From the NCBI RefSeq assembly GCF_006345805.1, contig NW_021828662.1:1-7901 (forward strand): DNA of 7,901 nucleotides. Direction: 5' to 3'. Made by a program: the position numbers and the translations under genes. The stretch is from Octopus sinensis. Its lineage: Eukaryota. Shown here in pieces: positions 1 to 7,714 of this stretch. Position 1 is the stretch's first letter. The number at the start of each line of letters is the position of its first letter. The notes beneath the pieces are model-generated. The model did no database searches. It saw only the letters and a program-made list of their open reading frames with translations, and had not been told where the DNA came from.

Positions 1-149
1 TTGCATGTATTTGGTGTTACTAACACTGCAACCGCCTCTTATATATATATATAAATGCATTAAATACATCAAAACGTAAGAATTGGGGTCCTTCGCCTGT
101 TCTACGTGTACATTTTGTACTGTTTAATGCATTATATATATATATATCA

Positions 150-177
150 AGAGAGAGAGAGAGAGAGAGAGAGAGAA
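150..177 (+). repeat. (GA)n microsatellite
   Basis: Directly visible. Confidence 0.98.
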
Positions 178-214
178 GAACTGAATAACCACAGAAGCAC
201 AATCTTAGTGAGCG

Positions 215-276
215 GACAAGGGAGACAATCCCCTTACGCTCTATCTGCGAACGTACGGGGGATTGTCTACCTTGTC
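215..276. other. GC-rich 62-nt stem-loop
   Basis: GACAAGG (215-221)/CCTTGTC (270-276), then a G-A mismatch, AGACAATCCCC (223-233)/GGGGATTGTCT (258-268), a T-G wobble, and TACG/CGTA with one bulge. Loop is 13 nt. Confidence 0.8.
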
Positions 277-615
277 AGTAATTAAAACAGTGCTTTTGTG
301 GCTATTGATATGTTTTGACTCTTATTTCTAGCAATACTGGCGCTGATTAGTGCCCTTGTTCATTTTCGTGACGTATATATTTCTACCTTTAGGTTATAAG
401 ATTGCGAATTATCCACCCATATGATGTATCTATATATATATATAGTAATTACAGTAATTGTGTCGTTTAACTGATTGTGTATATATGTATATATATGTAT
501 GTATGTATGTATATATGTATCTTCTCTATATATATATAATTATATATATATCTGTGGCGTGTAGTGGTTGTTGTATTGGGTCTGTATGTACACACACACA
601 CGTATAGAAACACAA

Positions 616-649
<34 letters not shown>

Positions 650-879
650 TATATATATATATATATATCATACATATATACTACTCTCAAAGCATTGACC
701 AAATGGCAAGGTAAATCTAGAATCACAAATGCACGGACAACCGACTGGACGTGTGCGGAAACAGGCCATGAAACCGAACAACCATTAGATTGCTTTCCTA
801 GTAAAACATCTTACCCAGGCAGCCATGAAACCTAAGCGCGGTTTTCGAGAACTTTCTACGGAATGTCTTCAGCACACAC

Positions 880-918
880 AATAATAATAATAACAATAAC
901 AATAATAATAACAACAAT

Positions 919-951
<33 letters not shown>

Positions 952-977
952 TAATAATAATGATAATAATAATAATG

Positions 978-1035
<58 letters not shown>
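880..1035 (+). repeat. (AAT)n microsatellite with AAC/GAT variants
   Basis: Directly visible; it produces the poly-I/poly-N ORF 863..1138. Confidence 0.98.
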
Positions 1036-1037
<2 letters not shown>

Positions 1038-1200
1038 GCCTAGCCTACCATCTCCTCCATTCAACCACTATTTTTTTTTTTTTATTTGTTCAATGCAAAT
1101 CCTATTTCAATGTTGCAACTCCTGTTGTATCGATTTAAATGTCCGCACTCGGTCTATTTTTTGCGCGATTTTGTTTAAATTTTTATCTACTTATTTGTTT

Positions 1201-1304
1201 GTTTTTCGTAATTGTGCTGTCTGTGTGTCTGCGATTGTGTAAGCGAGTGTACGCTTGTGAACTACGCGTATGCCTCTGTGTGTGCGTATATACATACATA
1301 CATA
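1201..1304 (+). repeat. Direct repeat copy 1 (~104 bp; copy 2 at 2409-2512)
   Basis: gtttttcgtaattgtgctgtctg...aagcgagtgtacgctt...actacgcgtatgcctctgtgtgtgcgtatatacatacatacata recurs at 2409-2512 with about two single-base indels. Confidence 0.95.
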
Positions 1305-1305
1305 T

Positions 1306-1337
<32 letters not shown>

Positions 1338-1925
1338 GTATGGTAATATATATATATATGTATGTGTGCATATATATATATGATGTATGTGTGTGTAAAT
1401 GTAAAGTATGTGGTGTGTTGTCATTTTTTTTAGGTTTTTTAGGTTTTTAAACATGGTTTTGTTTATTTTTTGCTTTTTTTTTTAGTCTTTCATTTGATTG
1501 GTCCATGTACGCTACTGTCTGGTGGTTCGCCGTTGTACACGCACACATATACACATACACGCATACACACACACCTTGTAACAATGTGTGTGTGTGTGTG
1601 TGTGCGTATGTAAATTTTCCGTGTGTCTGTGTATATTCGTGTCTATATGGGATATAAATACATGTCAGTATGTGATGTGTGTATATATAATATATATATA
1701 TATGGGTGTGGGTGGTGTGTATACATGAATGTTCCTCTGTGTCTGTGTGGTGTGTGTATATATATATATATATGAGTCTGTGTGTGTATGTGGTATATAT
1801 ATATATGCGGCTGTGTGTATGAATATATTACATTGTGTGTGTGGTGCGTATACACATGTATGTGTCTTTCCGTATGTGGTGTATGCAGTTAATATATATA
1901 TAGATTGCGTGTCTGTGAATGTATG

Positions 1926-1983
<58 letters not shown>
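1280..1983 (+). repeat. Mixed (TA)n/(TG)n low-complexity tract ending in a long pure (TA)n (~1930-1983)
   Basis: Directly visible. Confidence 0.9.
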
Positions 1984-1985
<2 letters not shown>

Positions 1986-2123
1986 AAGAGCAATAAAGAT
2001 CAAGTTAATTTAAAAAATTTACTGAATATGGTACCTAACTTAGATGCACAAAAAAAACTATACTATTTAACAATACAGTAATGTGGGGTGATTATAAGCG
2101 AGAAAGAGCAACAAGATGGATAG

Positions 2124-2216
2124 GTTTTTAGTACGATCGTTTCATACAAGGACAGGTTTTATTAAAAGTTGCAAAGATTACAGCTAAACGAGTCCCGTAC
2201 TCATCAGCTAAAATAC
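2124..2216 (-). ncRNA. Type I hammerhead ribozyme, second copy on the minus strand
   Basis: The reverse complement reads gtaTTTTAG-CTGATGA-GTACGGGAC-...-GTCCTTGTAT-GAAA-C-GATC-G-TA-CTAAAA. Core is at plus-strand 2201-2207 (tcatcag), GAAA at 2140-2143 and H17 at 2132. Core and helices are identical to the 2703-2798 copy; the only difference is a 3-nt indel in the helix II insert. Confidence 0.85.
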
Positions 2217-2408
2217 ATGTAGTTCTCTAGACATCCTATGTGTTTTGAGGCTATACTCATGAAGTAATGTAGATAATAAACAGATTTCTAAAGTTCATTA
2301 AGTTCTTTAAAGATGATGCATAGTCTTATCACCAGAATTTTAAAAAAGTTTTGGTAGCATCACAGAGAAGGTGACCTAATCCATATGAATTTCCATAGAT
2401 ATGATGTG

Positions 2409-2512
2409 GTTTTTCGTAATTGTGCTGTCTGTTGTGTCTGCGATTGTGTAAGCGAGTGTACGCTTGGAACTACGCGTATGCCTCTGTGTGTGCGTATATA
2501 CATACATACATA
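2409..2512 (+). repeat. Direct repeat copy 2, filling the spacer of the inverted repeat
   Basis: Near-identical to 1201-1304. Confidence 0.95.
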
Positions 2513-2702
2513 TATATATATATCTATGGAAATTCATATGGATTAGGTCACCTTCTCTGTGATGCTACCAAAACTTTTTAAAATTCGTGATAAGACTATG
2601 CATCATCTTTAAAGAAACTTTAATGAACTTTAGAAATCTGTTTAATTATCTACATTACTTCATGAGTATAGCCTCAACACTGGATGTCTAGAGAACTTAC
2701 AT

Positions 2703-2798
2703 GTATTTTAGCTGATGAGTACGGGACTCGTTTATATGCTGTAATCTTTGCAACTTTTAATAAAACCTGTCCTTGTATGAAACGATCGTACTAAAAAC
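2703..2798 (+). ncRNA. Type I hammerhead ribozyme (minimal helix III with palindromic loop, extended helix II)
   Basis: Helix I TTTTAG (2706-2711) pairs with CTAAAA (2791-2796). Core CTGATGA at 2712-2718. Helix II GTACGGGAC (2719-2727) pairs with GTCCTTGTAT (2769-2778), with one bulge and G-U at 10.1-11.1. GAAA at 2779-2782. Helix III AC/GT is closed by palindromic loop GATC (2784-2787). Triplet GTA at 2788-2790 predicts cleavage after 2790. All core elements lie in type I order. Identified by eye; activity is untested. Confidence 0.85.
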
Positions 2799-2825
2799 CA
2801 TCCATTCTTGTTGCTTCTTTCTCGC

Positions 2826-3012
2826 GTATATATATATATATATATTATATATAATATACACGTATATATATCCGTGTGTGTGTTTGGTCTTATAGACGCG
2901 TTCCTGCGGTTTGTGAAACAGGTTTTTCTTTAATTCCTGCAACTCTGCCTCGATTATGTAAAAACACATACACACACACACGCGCGCATACACACACACA
3001 CACACCACACAT

Positions 3013-3044
<32 letters not shown>

Positions 3045-3432
3045 GTATCATGCATACATACACTGTCACATATATACATTATTCACACATGTGATTGTAT
3101 GTTTCTGAGAGCTACGTACGTGTGTGTGTGTGTATATATATAGATATATACATACATACGTGTGTATGTATAGATGTATATACATATATGTGTGTGTGGG
3201 GGTACTTGTACGTTTATTTCCATTTCAATCTCGAGATCACTATGACACATGAGTGTGCAAGTGTGCATACACACACACACACATACATACATATATACAT
3301 ACATGTATATATAATATATATATATATATTTATAATATATATATATACACACACTCGACGACGCGTTTGTGTCCTGTATGTCTGTCTTCAACTTTATTTT
3401 TCTCTAAACGTATATATACCAGACCACTTAGC

Positions 3433-3470
<38 letters not shown>
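2826..3470 (+). repeat. Mixed (TA)n/(CA)n/(TG)n microsatellite field
   Basis: Directly visible; short unique islands are interspersed. Confidence 0.9.
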
Positions 3471-3472
<2 letters not shown>

Positions 3473-3564
3473 GTGTATTGGCTTTAGTAGTACTGATATT
3501 TCTGTCACTAGTTATGTCTCTCTTCTCTATAACTCGTATCACTTTAATGGCGGATACTCACGGA

Positions 3565-3578
3565 TAATAATAATAATC

Positions 3579-3614
<36 letters not shown>
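3565..3614 (+). repeat. (AAT)n microsatellite
   Basis: Directly visible. Confidence 0.97.
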
Positions 3615-3618
<4 letters not shown>

Positions 3619-3911
3619 GAATGAACACAAAATATTGAACAAACGAAGAAAGAAAAAGAAAAACAAACAAAATAACAGTAAAAATGGATTTAGAATAAAA
3701 AGTTTAAATTAAAACCACAAAAACAACAGGTTTATTAACATTAAATCACCAGATGAGAGCGAGAGAGAGAGGGAAAGAAAATAAATATTGGGAGCAATCA
3801 AACTTGAAGACGTTTCTTCAAAGACAATCTCTCTTGTTTACAGCAAACAGCAGAAGAAAAATTTTGGAATCAAATTTAAGGCTGTAAGCGCAAAAATATA
3901 TTTCTATTCAG

Positions 3912-3990
3912 TTTAGTTCTGACGGAGCTACGAGAATATACAATGAAATGTATGAGTGTGTGACGTCTTGTTCTGTTAGCGGAAACAACT
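3912..3990 (+). CDS. Candidate internal coding exon, product unknown (FSSDGATRIYNEMYECVTSCSVSGNN)
   Basis: Acceptor tttctattcAG (to 3911) and a consensus donor GTAAGT (3991). The 79 nt are open in only one frame (phase 0 in, phase 1 out) and are non-repetitive with balanced composition amid AT-rich DNA. No homology recognised. Confidence 0.45.
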
Positions 3991-4075
3991 GTAAGTCAAT
4001 GAATATATTCGTAAATATATTCATTACCTTCCAGGCTCTCATTACCACACAGACACTCCTGTGCCTATATATATA

Positions 4076-4291
4076 ACTAATGTAGGATAAATTAATTTTC
4101 GAGAAAAACAATTTTATCAATGGCCAGCATATCAAAAAATACCTTTAACGGTTAAATTTATAAATAACTTACAAAATAAGGGCAAAAGAAAAATTCTAAT
4201 GCCAAATATGCTGAAAAAAAGACAAAATTGTCAATAACCATTATAAGTGATAACATTTTTTTTTCGAAAAAAAATTTTATCCTACATTAGT
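4076..4291. mobile_element. MITE-like unit with ~30-bp imperfect terminal inverted repeats
   Basis: actaatgtaggataaa (4076-4091) is the perfect reverse complement of tttatcctacattagt (4276-4291) and extends imperfectly inward (ttttcga...). No convincing target-site duplication, so the MITE call is tentative. Confidence 0.35.
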
Positions 4292-4627
4292 GAAAGTTTC
4301 TAGTTCGAATCACACGTGTCCCGAGATGTGCCGAAGATTTTCTATTTTGAAAATATTTGGGGTATTTAGGTCTGCTCAGGACTTAGGGCTTGCTTTTTCC
4401 GTGGGTATGAGTAAGTATTTCATTTATGTCTTATGTATTTATCGCTGAGGAGGGGAAAATTCTTATGAATTAACCCCGAAATTGGGACCAATATGGTAAT
4501 AACGGATTTTTTTAGAAATTTCTATTGGCTTCTTTTGAGACACATAAATTATAATGGTTATGACAATTTTGTGTTTTTTTCGGCATATTTGGCATTAGAA
4601 TTTTTCTTTTGCCCTTATTTTGTAAGT

Positions 4628-4630
<3 letters not shown>
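4164..4630. repeat. Inverted repeat B/B' (~83-bp arms at 4164-4246 and 4549-4630)
   Basis: ataacttacaaaataagggcaaaagaaaaattctaatgccaaatatg...taaccattataa matches the reverse complement of 4549-4630 with 2 substitutions and 1 indel. Confidence 0.9.
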
Positions 4631-4665
<35 letters not shown>

Positions 4666-4764
4666 AATAATAATAATAATAATAAATATTAGGAATAAAT
4701 CCAAATTTACAGGGAAAAATCAGATTTAGGATTGAATCCAATTTTATAGTAAAATATAATATAA

Positions 4765-4983
4765 TATTAATTAGAGACAAACCACTATTATGCAATCAAA
4801 CAAAGAAAGACTTAATCCAATACATAAAAATTTTATATAAATTAAATATAATAAGATATCCACTACGATGAAACGATCGTAGTGGATATCTTAATTATAT
4901 TTATTTATATAAAATGTTTTATGTATTGGACTAAGTCTTTCTTTGTTTGATTTGCATAATAGTGGTTTTGTCTCTAATTAATA
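4765..4983. repeat. Long fold-back inverted repeat (~105-bp arms, 6-nt loop)
   Basis: 4765-4869 is the reverse complement of 4876-4983, with a few 1-nt indels and one substitution. Apex: gatatccactacgat-GAAACG-atcgtagtggatatc. Confidence 0.95.
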
Positions 4984-5237
4984 ATCTATATATATATATA
5001 TATATATAATATATATATATATTCTCCAAAACAACGAACAAAGAAAAAAACACGGAAACGAGCGAAAGACAGAACCTGAATTATCCTGTACGACATCTCC
5101 CTCAAAATAACGCAAAAAATTCTTCATCGCCATTCTTTGGCGTTTCGGCATAGAATCGTTTGAGATGGGATTTCAAGACCGTCAGCCATATTTACGTGTT
5201 AAAAATAACCATTGTTGTTGATAGTGGTGTTTTGTAG

Positions 5238-5335
5238 GTGGCGTTGTTGTCGATGGTATTGGCGTTGACGTTTTAGAAAGCGGTGGAAGCGGTGGCCACG
5301 GTGGGCAACACGCACCGTTATCAAGCGGGCATTAG
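5238..5335 (+). CDS. Weak candidate terminal exon (xGVVVDGIGVDVLESGGSGGHGGQHAPLSSGH*)
   Basis: Acceptor gtgttttgtAG. The phase is compatible with the 3912-3990 exon (T+GT=Cys). The sequence is GGT/GTT-rich and may be a decayed microsatellite. Confidence 0.15.
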
Positions 5336-5539
5336 CAATGATGCGTTTTTGGGGTTCTTTTTTTATATTTTTAGCATTTTTCGGTTTCTGTGGTAGTATT
5401 TATTGTTATTGATGTTGTATTGTTTGTATTTTCTTGTTGTTCATTGTTTTTTGTTTTGTTGTTGTTATATATAATTTTTAGTATTGTTTGTACACACACA
5501 TACCTTCCTAAGGAACAAATTTCGTCCATACATCAACAC

Positions 5540-5620
5540 ACAAATACACACTCACATGAACATATATGTGTGTATATACGAATGTTAATAGATGTATTCA
5601 CACGCACACACACATACATG

Positions 5621-5681
<61 letters not shown>

Positions 5682-5880
5682 ATATATATACACATATATA
5701 TGTATACATCTATATACATATATATGTATATATCTATATACATATAGATGTATATATTTATATACATCTATATATACATACATATTTATAAACACACATG
5801 TATAAACAAACAAATATACACACACTCATGTATGTTTACACCACGCACCTACATCTTCACATACAGCTTTATATATATAT

Positions 5881-5917
<37 letters not shown>

Positions 5918-5960
5918 CGTATATATATGTATGTATGTATGTATGTATCTATGTATGTAT
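5540..5960 (+). repeat. (CA)n/(TA)n/(TG)n/(TATG)n microsatellite field
   Basis: Directly visible, including a pure (TG)n at ~5636-5679. Confidence 0.93.
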
Positions 5961-6012
5961 ACTCACTAACACACTGCTACACCAATACGGCCAACGCAGA
6001 CACATACCCATA

Positions 6013-6048
6013 GACACACACACACACACATATATATATAGTATGAAT

Positions 6049-6080
<32 letters not shown>

Positions 6081-6564
6081 TATGAATACACACACACACA
6101 CACACATATATATATAGTATGAATACACACACACACACATATATATATAGTATGAATACACACACACACACATATATATATATATAGTATGAATACACAC
6201 ACCACACACACTATATATATAGTATGAATACCACACACACACACATATATATATATATGAATACACAACACACACACATATATTATAGTATGATACACAC
6301 CACACACAATATTTATATATAGTATGAATACACACACACACACACACATATATATAGTATGAATACACACACACACACACACATATATATATAGTATGAA
6401 TAAACACACACACACACATATATATATAGTATGAATACACACACACACACACACATATATATAGTATGAATACACACACACACACACACACATATATATA
6501 GTATGAATATACACACACACATATATAGTATGTATATATACACACACATATACACACACACACA
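6013..6564 (+). repeat. Compound minisatellite, ~15 units of (CA)n(TA)nGTATGAATA, ~35-bp period
   Basis: The anchor TAGTATGAATA recurs near 6039, 6078, 6115, 6148, 6185, 6220, (6256), (6286), 6320, 6355, 6392, 6427, 6462, 6499 and (6526), separated by variable CA and TA runs. Confidence 0.95.
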
Positions 6565-6676
6565 GAGCTTAAGCAGCATCAAATTGATACGGCTGTCAAG
6601 AATGTTACAACAGTTAGACAGTTTGAAGTTGATGAGGAACGGTTCGATCCGGCACAAAACATGCAACTTTTCAGGG
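6565..6676 (+). CDS. Candidate coding exon, product unknown (ELKQHQIDTAVKNVTTVRQFEVDEERFDPAQNMQLFR)
   Basis: Complex-sequence island between repeats with protein-like codon pattern (many G-starting codons). The frame is open 6529-6747. Possible AG acceptors at 6565/6567 and GT donor at 6677, but the polypyrimidine tract is poor and the boundaries are uncertain. Confidence 0.35.
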
Positions 6677-6804
6677 GTGGGAGGCACGGAAAGGGGGCTT
6701 CACGAGGCGGGGGTGGGTGCGTTGATAGTTTTGTCGATGTTATTTAGATGTGGTTTCAATGCTTGATTGTGTTTGTTTGTTTTTTTGTTGTTGATGATTT
6801 TTTT

Positions 6805-6890
6805 GTGGTTGGTTGGTGTTGGTGGTGGTGGTGGTGGTGGTAGTGGTGGTAGTGGTGGCGGTGGTAGTGGTGGTGGTGGTGGTGGCGGAA
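6805..6890 (+). repeat. (GGT)n trinucleotide repeat
   Basis: Directly visible; it produces poly-His on the minus-strand ORF. Confidence 0.95.
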
Positions 6891-6959
6891 TTGGGGGTAG
6901 AATGTTTGGTCCGTGTTGGGTTTGTTTTTAATTGTGTTTAGGGATGAAAATTTTCTGCT

Positions 6960-7545
6960 TATGTGTCTGTGTGTGTGTGGGTGGGAGGTATACATGTGTG
7001 TGTGTGTGTGTGTGTGTTTGTGTGTGTGTTTGTACGTATATATATGTGTGTGTGTTTGTGTCTGTGTGCAGTTGTGTGAGTATTTCTGTATGTATGTCAA
7101 TGTGCATATAATTGTATGTGTTGTATTATATATATATAGTGTTTATATATATTATATAATGTATATATATATATAGTGTATATACATAAGATATATTATA
7201 TATATATATTATATATAGTGTTGTATAGACATATATTATATATATATATATATATACAGAGTGTATATACATATATATATTAATATATAGAGAGAGGAGA
7301 GAGTGTATATACATCTATATACAGATATATTATATACCTCTGTGCGTATACACATTTTATACATATGTCAGTATATATCTATATGTGTGTATATATATAT
7401 ACATATGTATGTGTGTGTAAATGCTTTTATAGTTACGAATGCTAATGTATATTTATGCATATATACATGTCCGTGCGTATGCATGTGTGTGTATATATAT
7501 ATATATATTTATATATATACACACACACATATATGTGTGTGTGTG
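6960..7545 (+). repeat. (TG)n/(TA)n low-complexity field
   Basis: Directly visible. Confidence 0.9.
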
Positions 7546-7577
7546 GGCGTCTACACATCTGTCTGTTTGTCTTTTAG

Positions 7578-7633
7578 CCCGTACGGCTACGAAAATTCCG
7601 TCTATAAACTTTATTTTATTTTTGATTCGTATA
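7578..7633 (+). CDS. Candidate micro-exon (PYGYENSVYKLYFIFDSY)
   Basis: Good acceptor tctgtctgtttgtcttttAG and donor GTAAGA at 7634. It is very short and could be chance. Confidence 0.25.
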
Positions 7634-7714
7634 GTAAGAAAATGGCGGTTGGAATATTTTTCTTTCTTTGTTATTTTCGCAACGGAATTAGTGAAGAATA
7701 TTTCAATGAGTCTG

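Larger units (their letters stand above)
2098..2825. mobile_element. Inverted pair of a ~305-bp hammerhead-containing element (putative Penelope-like pLTR / non-autonomous retrozyme-like repeat)
   Basis: 2098-2402 is the reverse complement of 2520-2825, with differences that I could resolve only as small indels. The spacer is 117 bp and each arm carries a type I hammerhead. The PLE/retrozyme assignment rests on the known association of minimal type I hammerheads with these elements. No RT or GIY-YIG ORF is visible. Confidence 0.55.

Noticed and set aside
765-835. Short direct repeat GCCATGAAACC (two copies ~45 nt apart)
   Set aside because: Only 11 nt, two copies and no further structure.
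843-872. Minus-strand CTGAAGA...CGAAA hammerhead-like core
   Set aside because: No helix II (C opposite C at 10.1/11.1), no helix III/UH site and no helix I partner.
2520-2702. Possible remnant PLE ORF (GIY-YIG C-terminus) upstream of the ribozyme
   Set aside because: A frame can be patched from the two arms, but I recognise no RT or GIY-YIG motif.
4303-4311. GTTCGAATC, similar to a Pol III B-box (tRNA/SINE)
   Set aside because: No convincing A-box or cloverleaf; an isolated 9-mer.
4446-4462. CTGAGGA-GGG-GAAA
   Set aside because: No room for helix II and no helix I or III.
5120-5190. Minus-strand CTGACGG...CGAAACGCCA-aagaa-TGGCG hammerhead-like motif
   Set aside because: A9 is replaced by G, U16.1 is absent and there is no helix I. 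Only a 5-bp hairpin is real.
5102-5191. Minus-strand peptide IWLTVLKSHLKRFYAETPKNGDEEF, faintly resembling the Crypton/DUF3504 'L..FY.E.R..G..Y' motif
   Set aside because: Only 29 codons between stops, no splice acceptor, off-register spacing and no other tyrosine-recombinase sequence nearby.
6013-6564. CRISPR-like appearance (constant motif plus variable spacers)
   Set aside because: The 'spacers' are only CA/TA runs, the repeat is 11 nt, the context is eukaryotic and there are no cas genes.
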